Virus record (IMG/VR): IMGVR_UViG_3300046779_002415
Location: 1 to 47,975 of that record
Source: a virus
Lineage: Duplodnaviria > Caudoviricetes
DNA length: 47,975 bases
Strand: one strand, 5' to 3'
Shown here: positions 37,754 through 44,926 of the stretch, one piece after another
Layout: the number at the start of each line of letters is the position of its first letter
How positions within the stretch are numbered: the first letter of the stretch is position 1
Made by a program: the position numbers and the translations under genes
Notes under the pieces: generated by a model
What the model saw: the letters and a program-made list of their open reading frames with translations, nothing else
Told to the model about the DNA's origin: nothing
Databases searched by the model: none

Positions 37754-38527
37754 AGTAAATTCTACATCGCATCTCGTGCATCTCACGGTGAAATGAGTAA
37801 AATTCTTGGTGCGCCAGCTAGCCGCCTAAATCAGAAGATGGCGGATACTCTGCGTAATATTGCTATGAAGCAGGGCATCGCTAAGACATCTAAAGGCCAG
37901 CGTTTAGAGTTCTATGCTGTAGATAAAGCAGAATTGGATACACTGACAGCACCGATTGCAGCTACTATGAATGCTCTTAAATTCGACGTAGACTGGCGTC
38001 CTCTGATCATAGTTGATGCCGAGAAGATGACGGCTGCTGGTGTTAAGGTCAACAATAAGTATCCCAACAGTATGACACGCCAGATGCATAAGCAGTATCT
38101 TAAGGAGCTGGAAGCCGCAGTGGAAGACAGTGTGGTTAAGATCGCTGAAGATATTAAGCCCCAGCGTGTTACTCATTTAAATCCTGGCATTAAGGTAGGC
38201 GACTGGATTTCCCATTATGAATTTAGGACTCGATATCCAGCACGAGTAGTGCGTGTCACTGATAAGAGTTACACTTATGAAGTCTACGATCGTATGTGTG
38301 AATTTAACTTAAACTACCTCCGTAGCATGTTTACCGAGGAAGAGCTGCAACAACGAGGCATGACTGCCTGGGGTGATATCTATGACGGTGAAATCTGTAT
38401 TCCATTTAAAGGTAACGAGGAGTTGTTCTACTTACAGCGTAAGAAGACTCAACGGTTCTCGCGTCGGGATATTACTACCTTAACTGAAGACCAGGTAAAG
38501 TATTCCTACAGATGGTATGCGGACTAA
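37751..38527 (+). CDS. Hypothetical early protein (cassette 5, 258 aa)
   Basis: Own promoter and RBS; IKVGDWI...ARVVRVTDKS is SH3/KOW-barrel-like (weak). Confidence 0.8.
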   Translation: MSKFYIASRASHGEMSKILGAPASRLNQKMADTLRNIAMKQGIAKTSKGQRLEFYAVDKAELDTLTAPIAATMNALKFDVDWRPLIIVDAEKMTAAGVKVNNKYPNSMTRQMHKQYLKELEAAVEDSVVKIAEDIKPQRVTHLNPGIKVGDWISHYEFRTRYPARVVRVTDKSYTYEVYDRMCEFNLNYLRSMFTEEELQQRGMTAWGDIYDGEICIPFKGNEELFYLQRKKTQRFSRRDITTLTEDQVKYSYRWYAD

Positions 38528-38837
38528 TATGAGAACAGCGATGACTATCTCTAAATTGATCTCAGCCATAGTAGCAGCAGCCGCCCTGGGCGGTTGCGCT
38601 ACTGGTTGCAGAGAATACTGTGTTGCTGGCTTCGGACCCGGTAATTCAGCCTTTGACGGTGTTGCTTACTTCTTCGACAGCAACGATCCCTGTCAGCGAG
38701 TTGGTAAGCCCGAAGGTTACCGGACTCCGGGTTGGTGTGGTGGTACTAATAGTTACATAGTTACTAACACCCAGGGCGGTACTACCCGAATGTCTGTGAT
38801 CACTGTCAGTCCCGGTAGATCATTACCTTCCCGCTGA
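38517..38837 (+). CDS. Small Cys-rich lipoprotein
   Basis: Signal KLISAIVAAAA with lipobox LGGC; four more Cys; real start may be 38529 or 38541. Confidence 0.75.
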   Translation: MRTNMRTAMTISKLISAIVAAAALGGCATGCREYCVAGFGPGNSAFDGVAYFFDSNDPCQRVGKPEGYRTPGWCGGTNSYIVTNTQGGTTRMSVITVSPGRSLPSR

Positions 38838-40385
38838 TCCGGCCTGTCCCACTATTGCCGAGGTCACGGCCATCTCTGTAGTCTTGCTGGCTCCGGTGTA
38901 TCTTATTGCACCGGAGTCTGCCGCCGATTCCCCTTCTGCATCCTCTTCGGCTTCGGGCTCGGGTAGTAGATCATCGGTGTCGCGTGTGTAGACCTCGTTC
39001 TGCTCTTCCTGTTCCAGTAGTTGTATTGTTGGGTCCTGCTGACTCTGTATTGCCTCGAGATATTCAGCCACTTCGTGTGGCGCTACCATCATTGTGATCA
39101 ACTCACGCAGTATGAGTCCATTGATCAACGAGTTCTCGGGCAGCAGTTGGTGTGCCTTATCCATGAGTGCTATGCGATATTGAGTATCGTGCTGCTCATA
39201 GTCGGTGTTGTATGCTACCTCACCGGCCCAGCGACATTCCATAAATCTGGCTGCGAATGTCCAGATGCACTCCTCGGCTATCTCTAATAATCTGGCCTTG
39301 GCTGCTGCTTTACGATGCAGTCCACGACGTTCCTGTATGATGCTGAGTCCGCTCTGCACCTGTTGACGATTCTGGGTCAATCCTGCGAATCCTGCCATTG
39401 CTGTGAATGAGTCCAGAATTTGTTGTTGTTTTTTTGTTAATTGATCTATGTCCTGTGTATCTACCCGGATTGCCTCGACACTGCCCTGCGGCCCGCGAAC
39501 GATTGCTCCTGCGTGTGCTGGTACTTTAATACCGTTGTCGGCTCTGATTAAGGTTCTGGCGAACTGTGCTGCTTGGTAGACCTCACATTCCAGCTTGTAG
39601 TGTTCTCTCTGCACTTCTGTAGCACTGTCTATGTCACTGATTCCGATCTCGCTGTTTCTGGGGTCGATTCTGGTGTAAGCAATAAATGCCGGTATGCCCA
39701 TGCCTGCTGGGAACAATCCCTGTGCGATCAGTGTTGCTGGAGCCTGCGGGTCTGCTGATTTATCTACTTCCCAACTCTGCCAATAACTCGGTGTCTGTGT
39801 AGTGCCGAGATAGTAGACCTTGAAGTAGTAGCAGTCACTTTCCTCACGTTCCATGACCTTGACATATTCTGGAACTGATCTACCGCGCACTGTCTCGAAG
39901 TCCCAGTCCCAGACGTGTGTTGGCGGTACAGGAATCACATAAGGACGCACCTGCAGTGGATTGTCGGTCTCGGGCATATCTACGAATACCCAACAGTGTC
40001 CGAATATCGAAGTTAAATCTCCGATCTGTTCCATGATTCCTGAGAGGCTGGTATTGTCCAGTGTAGCATCCAATTGAAATAGTTCTGCCCAGCTCGCTGA
40101 GTCTGGGCTGATTGATTGTCCCTGTGGACTGACAAATTTAACTTCTCTATTGACTCCGGGTTCGAATACGACATCATTCATAGTATCTACTACATATCTT
40201 GCTATGGGCATAGCAGCAGTGTTGCTGATAAGATCGTTGTAGAGCACGAGATCTTCGCTGGGTCGTTTACGGCGCACATGACGCTTGAATGCGTCACCGC
40301 CGAGGTATGCGGATTGATATTCCTGCATACTGAGTTCAATATTACGGTACAATGTGTTTTTGTAGAGTAGTTCGCTGTTTAGCAT
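38823..40385 (-). CDS. Portal protein (520 aa)
   Basis: Follows TerL; FGHCWVFVDMP..RPYVIPV...WDW and QSGLSII motifs; acidic C-terminus. Confidence 0.9.
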   Translation of the reverse strand: MLNSELLYKNTLYRNIELSMQEYQSAYLGGDAFKRHVRRKRPSEDLVLYNDLISNTAAMPIARYVVDTMNDVVFEPGVNREVKFVSPQGQSISPDSASWAELFQLDATLDNTSLSGIMEQIGDLTSIFGHCWVFVDMPETDNPLQVRPYVIPVPPTHVWDWDFETVRGRSVPEYVKVMEREESDCYYFKVYYLGTTQTPSYWQSWEVDKSADPQAPATLIAQGLFPAGMGIPAFIAYTRIDPRNSEIGISDIDSATEVQREHYKLECEVYQAAQFARTLIRADNGIKVPAHAGAIVRGPQGSVEAIRVDTQDIDQLTKKQQQILDSFTAMAGFAGLTQNRQQVQSGLSIIQERRGLHRKAAAKARLLEIAEECIWTFAARFMECRWAGEVAYNTDYEQHDTQYRIALMDKAHQLLPENSLINGLILRELITMMVAPHEVAEYLEAIQSQQDPTIQLLEQEEQNEVYTRDTDDLLPEPEAEEDAEGESAADSGAIRYTGASKTTEMAVTSAIVGQAGSAGR

Positions 40386-40444
40386 TTATTTTTCCTTGTT
40401 GGCAGACCATTAAATCGCTCGTGAGAGATTGTTGGCTGGTCATG

Positions 40445-40452
40445 TATTTATT
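40445..40452 (-). promoter_or_regulatory. T4-late-like promoter box AATAAATA
   Basis: Intergenic between TerL and portal. Confidence 0.55.
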
Positions 40453-40461
40453 GATTACGAC

Positions 40462-41895
40462 TTAACCCCAGGCCACATAGTCATCATCTGCTGATTGACC
40501 CGAGATGATTTCTTCCATGGTAGGACCGCCGGGATACAGTGGACTTGGTGGTAGATATTCTGCTCCGGGTCTGCGGTGGTATCTGGAGTCTGCTCCGATG
40601 TATTCCGGCAGACCATGATGATCCTCGTGTACCAGCGGGAATAAGTGATGTATGCCATATCGAATACAGTCACCGAGTCCATCGATATGAGCATACTGTT
40701 GCTCGGTATACTTAACTAATTTTTTTCTCGTGCCGTCTTCGAAGTGATAGGTAGTCATTGCTTCGATCAATAGTTGGTCATCCTGGGGCAACTTTAATCT
40801 ATTGGCTGCAATAAATCCATTGCTGGTGTTGTCGGTGTCGGTGATCAGTGGATTGCTGTTGCGGTTATTGATGATGCTGAATCCGAACTTCTCCATGATT
40901 GTTCTGTCAGTGACTCCGAAGGGACTGGTAGTGTCACGATTTAATTGTGTGCCCGACATATCTATGATGCTGTTGATTCTGCGTCGAGGGAAGTCAGCGC
41001 GAATAGTGGCCATCATCTGTTCTGTGCCGCAGTCGGGTATTGCATAACTCTTTAAGATTTCCATAGTTCCATATGGAGTATAAGGTTTAGTGACCTGTGC
41101 TATGACTGCTGTCATTCTGCGCTTATTGAAGTCATGGAATGAATACAGATCACCGCCGCGATCTTCGATGACACCGGTGTGTTGATGACGATTAAATGTG
41201 TAGAAGAATTGATCTTCCACGGTCTCCCAGCTGCACATGTAGTCCTGTGCGAATTTAAGTGGACTTAATATGCGTTGTTGTTGTGCGATAAATTTAGGAT
41301 CACCGCTACGCATCTGATGATAGTTCATATGACGCACGATGTACTGATCCGGCATTGATTGTGCAGCACGGAATAGATCATACAGCGGACCGTTACCGTG
41401 AGGAGTAGATATTACTATGAGTCTACCACCGGTATCGGGTTGACCAACTCGGGGTCTGAGACGATTGCTGATTTCCTGTAGTGTATCTGCTGAATACAGT
41501 GCAGCCTCGTCAGCTACCCAGATACCAGCATTAAGACCTCTGAGGTTCTCTTTTTGCTCAGCACTCTTACAGCGAATGAATACTCCTGTGGGGAACTTAA
41601 TCGTCAATTCTGAATTGTTGATATCTGTGCCGTCTCTGAGACCGAAGTATTGTTGACAACTGCGCTTGAGTCCTTCCCAGATCAGTGATTTAATCATACT
41701 GCTGGTAGGCGCACTGTAGATCACATCCTTGCCTTTATGATAGCGAGGATCGCTGGCGAATATCGGTAATGCTATTGATGCTAAAAATGTCTTACCACTA
41801 CCAACAGGAACTATGTCAATGACGTGTTTTTCAGTGTTTAACCAGTCCTGCAATATTGTTGATTGTTCCCCGTAGAGGTCTATTGGTATTTTCAT
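40462..41895 (-). CDS. terL: Terminase large subunit
   Basis: Walker A VGSGKT, NLRGL, Walker B IWVADEAA, LIVISTP; nuclease HDFN and DGLGDCIRY. Confidence 0.95.
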   Translation of the reverse strand: MKIPIDLYGEQSTILQDWLNTEKHVIDIVPVGSGKTFLASIALPIFASDPRYHKGKDVIYSAPTSSMIKSLIWEGLKRSCQQYFGLRDGTDINNSELTIKFPTGVFIRCKSAEQKENLRGLNAGIWVADEAALYSADTLQEISNRLRPRVGQPDTGGRLIVISTPHGNGPLYDLFRAAQSMPDQYIVRHMNYHQMRSGDPKFIAQQQRILSPLKFAQDYMCSWETVEDQFFYTFNRHQHTGVIEDRGGDLYSFHDFNKRRMTAVIAQVTKPYTPYGTMEILKSYAIPDCGTEQMMATIRADFPRRRINSIIDMSGTQLNRDTTSPFGVTDRTIMEKFGFSIINNRNSNPLITDTDNTSNGFIAANRLKLPQDDQLLIEAMTTYHFEDGTRKKLVKYTEQQYAHIDGLGDCIRYGIHHLFPLVHEDHHGLPEYIGADSRYHRRPGAEYLPPSPLYPGGPTMEEIISGQSADDDYVAWG

Positions 41896-42206
41896 TCCGG
41901 ATCTTTTTTGTCCCAGATCTCACGCTGTGTGAATACAAATGCCGGCACTACCATACCACCAGCATCGGCTTCGAGATGCACACGGTCTGCTACTACTTTA
42001 GACAAGAACATTTTTTCATATTGTAGTCTGGTAGACTTATCGTGATTGTCTATGCTGTCTCTGTAGCCCTGTGCTAATAGATCTTCGAACTTCTCTCCGC
42101 AGTATTTTTCCACTGAGTCCAGAATAGTAGCTCCACTGATCTTATTGGTACCGCCTTTTTTTCTTCCGGCACCGGGTCTGGCGCCGCCTTTTGTTTTTTC
42201 TTTCAT
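41892..42206 (-). CDS. terS: Terminase small subunit (putative)
   Basis: GGARPGAGRKKGGTNK N-terminal motif; overlaps the TerL start. Confidence 0.7.
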   Translation of the reverse strand: MKEKTKGGARPGAGRKKGGTNKISGATILDSVEKYCGEKFEDLLAQGYRDSIDNHDKSTRLQYEKMFLSKVVADRVHLEADAGGMVVPAFVFTQREIWDKKDPE

Positions 42207-42484
42207 TTACCTAATGCTCCTAATCTTTCCATAAGCGTGTGGCGATGTCGCTCAACACGCTGAAGTTCCTCTACGAGGAATTGATGATATCTTTTCTTAC
42301 CCTTGCTGCGATTGCATCGCTTACAGGAGACAACGAGGTTATCCAGTTCGTCACCGCCATGATTGGCCTGTGCCAGAACGTGATCTATCTGACGATCTGT
42401 AGCGGTAGTCTTCTTACCGCAGTAGTGACAGATGATGCCGTGATGCTCTATGGCACGTTCTCGTTGCTGGCGTGTCAGCGTCAT
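42203..42484 (-). CDS. HNH endonuclease (packaging-associated)
   Basis: CHYCG...IDHV..GG.DELDNLVVSCKRCNRSKG. Confidence 0.92.
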   Translation of the reverse strand: MTLTRQQRERAIEHHGIICHYCGKKTTATDRQIDHVLAQANHGGDELDNLVVSCKRCNRSKGKKRYHQFLVEELQRVERHRHTLMERLGALGK

Positions 42485-42855
42485 TACATAAGCACCCTGA
42501 CATAGTCACGCGGTATGGCGCCTATGGGAATCATGGGATAGACACGACCTGTGCTGACGTGTATCCAGCGTTCCTCGCCTTCAGTGATAAGATGCTGATT
42601 GCGATAACTCCATTGTGCTCGGGCTTCCTCATAGCGGCGCTCGCCCAGTAGCATACGCAACTGTATACCGGCATCACCAGCAGACATATTGATGTCTCCG
42701 AATTGGCTACTGTTCAGTGTCTGAATAAGTTCAACACACTGATCCATCTCTGTCTCGGTAAGCCAGGGACTTAATTCTCCTACCATGCGATCCAGGGCTT
42801 TGACTTGATCAGTCTCGCCGCGATCTACATATTGCTTAAGTGGTTTTTTCTTCAT
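42484..42855 (-). CDS. Hypothetical protein (123 aa)
   Basis: AAGGA RBS; coupled within the operon. Confidence 0.75.
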   Translation of the reverse strand: MKKKPLKQYVDRGETDQVKALDRMVGELSPWLTETEMDQCVELIQTLNSSQFGDINMSAGDAGIQLRMLLGERRYEEARAQWSYRNQHLITEGEERWIHVSTGRVYPMIPIGAIPRDYVRVLM

Positions 42856-42863
42856 AACTATCC

Positions 42864-43115
42864 TTATTTTCGGGGCCTGTTGACCTTAACGCTGGATTTT
42901 CTGGCCTGTGCCAGTTCCCAATCGCGAGTGCGACCCTCCATGAGCAGACTCTCGATAAATGAGTGTGCTGTCATTAGTTTTTCTGCTATCTCCATGTTCT
43001 CAATGCTGTTGTCTATGGCTTCCTTAAGGTCGGCCAGTAGAGGTTCCAGGACCACCCAATGATGGCCGTCTTCGGCAGTGATGACTACATAACGTTGATT
43101 TTCGATGATGCTCAT
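42864..43115 (-). CDS. Hypothetical protein (83 aa)
   Basis: ATGA overlap with upstream gene. Confidence 0.7.
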   Translation of the reverse strand: MSIIENQRYVVITAEDGHHWVVLEPLLADLKEAIDNSIENMEIAEKLMTAHSFIESLLMEGRTRDWELAQARKSSVKVNRPRK

Positions 43116-43564
43116 TTTTGTCCTTGTTTAAATGCTGATTCCGGTGGAAGTGTACTCCAGCTCGTGGGCATTTTTGCCACTCGAGATCGGCGATATGATA
43201 CCGGTACTGCCGATGTCTGTTGTTGTTGTTGTTGTCCGGGTGCTCGTCGATGTCTGGGCACTCGCGCCAGAGGTGTCTGCGCTAAATTGTCTCCCGCGCG
43301 GACTCGAATAGATTTAATATTACCATACTTTGTAGATTCGATAGTGTAGCCGGGAGTCTCCCAGACTGTGTATTCTGTGAAATATCGTTCTCCGGTCTCG
43401 GGATTTATTTTTTTATGATCTCGGCGGATAACGCCGTTTTGTTTTGCCGCAGCGAACTGATAACGGGCACTCATGGCCTGTGTTAGCTGTTGTATGGACA
43501 TATTGTTCTCATTGGCAATTAAGGCCAATAAGTTATCTGTAGTGAGTTTAAGTTTTTTTGACAC
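43112..43564 (-). CDS. Hypothetical basic protein (~150 aa)
   Basis: Likely start GTG 43564, 6 nt after AAGGAG (track start 43594); CTAAATA box at 43600-43606. Confidence 0.7.
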   Translation of the reverse strand: MSKKLKLTTDNLLALIANENNMSIQQLTQAMSARYQFAAAKQNGVIRRDHKKINPETGERYFTEYTVWETPGYTIESTKYGNIKSIRVRAGDNLAQTPLARVPRHRRAPGQQQQQQTSAVPVSYRRSRVAKMPTSWSTLPPESAFKQGQK

Positions 43565-43624
43565 AATCATCTCCTTATTTAAGTGCCGGGGCACATTGAT
43601 ATTTAGTCGCGATCTCGAGGCTGC

Positions 43625-43656
43625 AAAAAAATACCCCGACCTTGTGAGCCGGGGTA
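43625..43656 (-). terminator. Rho-independent terminator
   Basis: TACCCCGGC-TCACAAG-GTCGGGGTA followed by T7. Confidence 0.85.
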
Positions 43657-43800
43657 CTGTAGAGTTAGGCTTATACAGCTAAGGAATAAAGTGTCATTTT
43701 AGGTCTCGGGTAGGTAATGATCTGAGACATTATTGGCAATTACGATATACGAATTAAGGAAAAGATTTTATTTTAAGTCTCTCGACTGTCCTCTACACAT
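43625..43800 (-). ncRNA. Candidate ~175-nt small RNA
   Basis: ORF-free segment between GATAAATA (43802-43809) and a terminator; two TTCCTTA anti-SD-like motifs. Confidence 0.4.
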
Positions 43801-44379
43801 TTATTTATCTTCTCGCTGTCTTAAATAAGTTTTTTTCTGTTGTCCCTGAATATGCTGATATCGATATCCGCGATGTCTGATATCTCTGGAATTTTCTGCT
43901 CTCATTCTCTGTAGTACTCGAGTGTATTCCGGGAATTCATGAGCACCCATGACTTCGACTTCCTGTGTTGCGAGATTTGTTCTTAACATCAAACCACGCA
44001 CTCGTGTTAAATTTTGTGGTTTATTGTGATTGTTCTCGCGGCGAGTGACCCAGCGCAGATTGCTGTAGTGATTGTTGGTCTTATCTCGGTCGATGTGATC
44101 TATCTCACGTGCCAGACCCTGTGGTGGTGGTAGCCAGGCCAGGGCTACTAATCTATGCACTGTATTGCCGCGACGTAGACGATCTCGTGGCCGTGTAGTC
44201 CAGGGATCGGGGTATTGAATGGGATCATAGGCGGCAACGCCGACCTGTAGATATCCGCAGTTGTTTATGCTGGCTTTCAATATTACTCCGGTACTGCGAC
44301 GACGAACATGGCCGTCGGCACTGACTTCGAAAAAGTGCCAGGGTGCCGGTAAAGGTTTAAATTCGATTAATGATGTCAT
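43801..44379 (-). CDS. Free-standing NUMOD4-type HNH homing endonuclease
   Basis: FEVSADGHVR...GYLQV...VHRLVALAW...EIDHIDRDKTNNHYSNLRWVTRREN; ATG 44379 after GGAGG. Confidence 0.9.
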   Translation of the reverse strand: MTSLIEFKPLPAPWHFFEVSADGHVRRRSTGVILKASINNCGYLQVGVAAYDPIQYPDPWTTRPRDRLRRGNTVHRLVALAWLPPPQGLAREIDHIDRDKTNNHYSNLRWVTRRENNHNKPQNLTRVRGLMLRTNLATQEVEVMGAHEFPEYTRVLQRMRAENSRDIRHRGYRYQHIQGQQKKTYLRQREDK

Positions 44380-44396
44380 AGGACCTCCTGTCGAAA

Positions 44397-44404
44397 TATT
44401 TATC
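44397..44404 (-). promoter_or_regulatory. T4-late-like promoter box GATAAATA
   Basis: Just upstream of the HNH RBS, inside a TGTCGA..TCGACA inverted repeat. Confidence 0.55.
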
Positions 44405-44427
44405 GACAACCCTGAAAAACAGGCTGA

Positions 44428-44613
44428 TTAGCCCGTTTTTCGAGCCTTTTTTGTTCCTGTAAACTCTACCATGGTGCCATTGGGTCGGCGACGGAACACA
44501 ATATGATTTCGGCCGGCTTCGGCCAACAATATCTTTTTGCTGTATTTTTCACCGCTGGGTGTTTGTATGATATCGCCGAACTGATCCAGCTCGGCGTTTT
44601 TAGATTTTTTCAT
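44428..44613 (-). CDS. Hypothetical basic protein (61 aa)
   Basis: ORF in operon orientation; ATAAGTA box upstream (44641-44647). Confidence 0.6.
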   Translation of the reverse strand: MKKSKNAELDQFGDIIQTPSGEKYSKKILLAEAGRNHIVFRRRPNGTMVEFTGTKKARKTG

Positions 44614-44639
44614 GGCTCTGATCCCGGGAAATATTCGGA

Positions 44640-44810
44640 CTACTTATTAACGTCGTCGTGATATTTAACCAGATATTTTAGATCCTGTTTAATCTCAGCC
44701 AATTCCAATTTAAGTTCGGGAATGTCTCGGGTCTTAATAGACCAGATCTCGCGCAGTGCGAATACTCCGATAAATGACATCACTGCCAGGGCTATATCCA
44801 TCCAGTTCAT
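44640..44810 (-). CDS. Small single-TM membrane protein (holin-like candidate), 56 aa
   Basis: MNWMDIALAVMSFIGVFAL hydrophobic helix plus coiled coil; ATG 44810 overlaps upstream TGA. Confidence 0.55.
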   Translation of the reverse strand: MNWMDIALAVMSFIGVFALREIWSIKTRDIPELKLELAEIKQDLKYLVKYHDDVNK

Positions 44811-44917
44811 CGTTGTGGCCTCGCAGGAGCACGCCAACCTCGCTTGGGTTGGTGTTTTGATGGCAAAGGTATTGGTCGATTGTGATTGTCGCCAGGTGGT
44901 TGTGTAGGTTCTGACAT
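44807..44917 (-). CDS. 36-aa Pro/Arg-rich micro-ORF (MSEPTQPPGDNHNRPIPLPSKHQPKRGWRAPARPQR)
   Basis: AAGGA RBS right after the stop of 44927 gene; ATGA coupling to next gene; not in the ORF track. Confidence 0.55.
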   Translation of the reverse strand: MSEPTQPPGDNHNRPIPLPSKHQPKRGWRAPARPQR

Positions 44918-44926
44918 AGTTTATCC

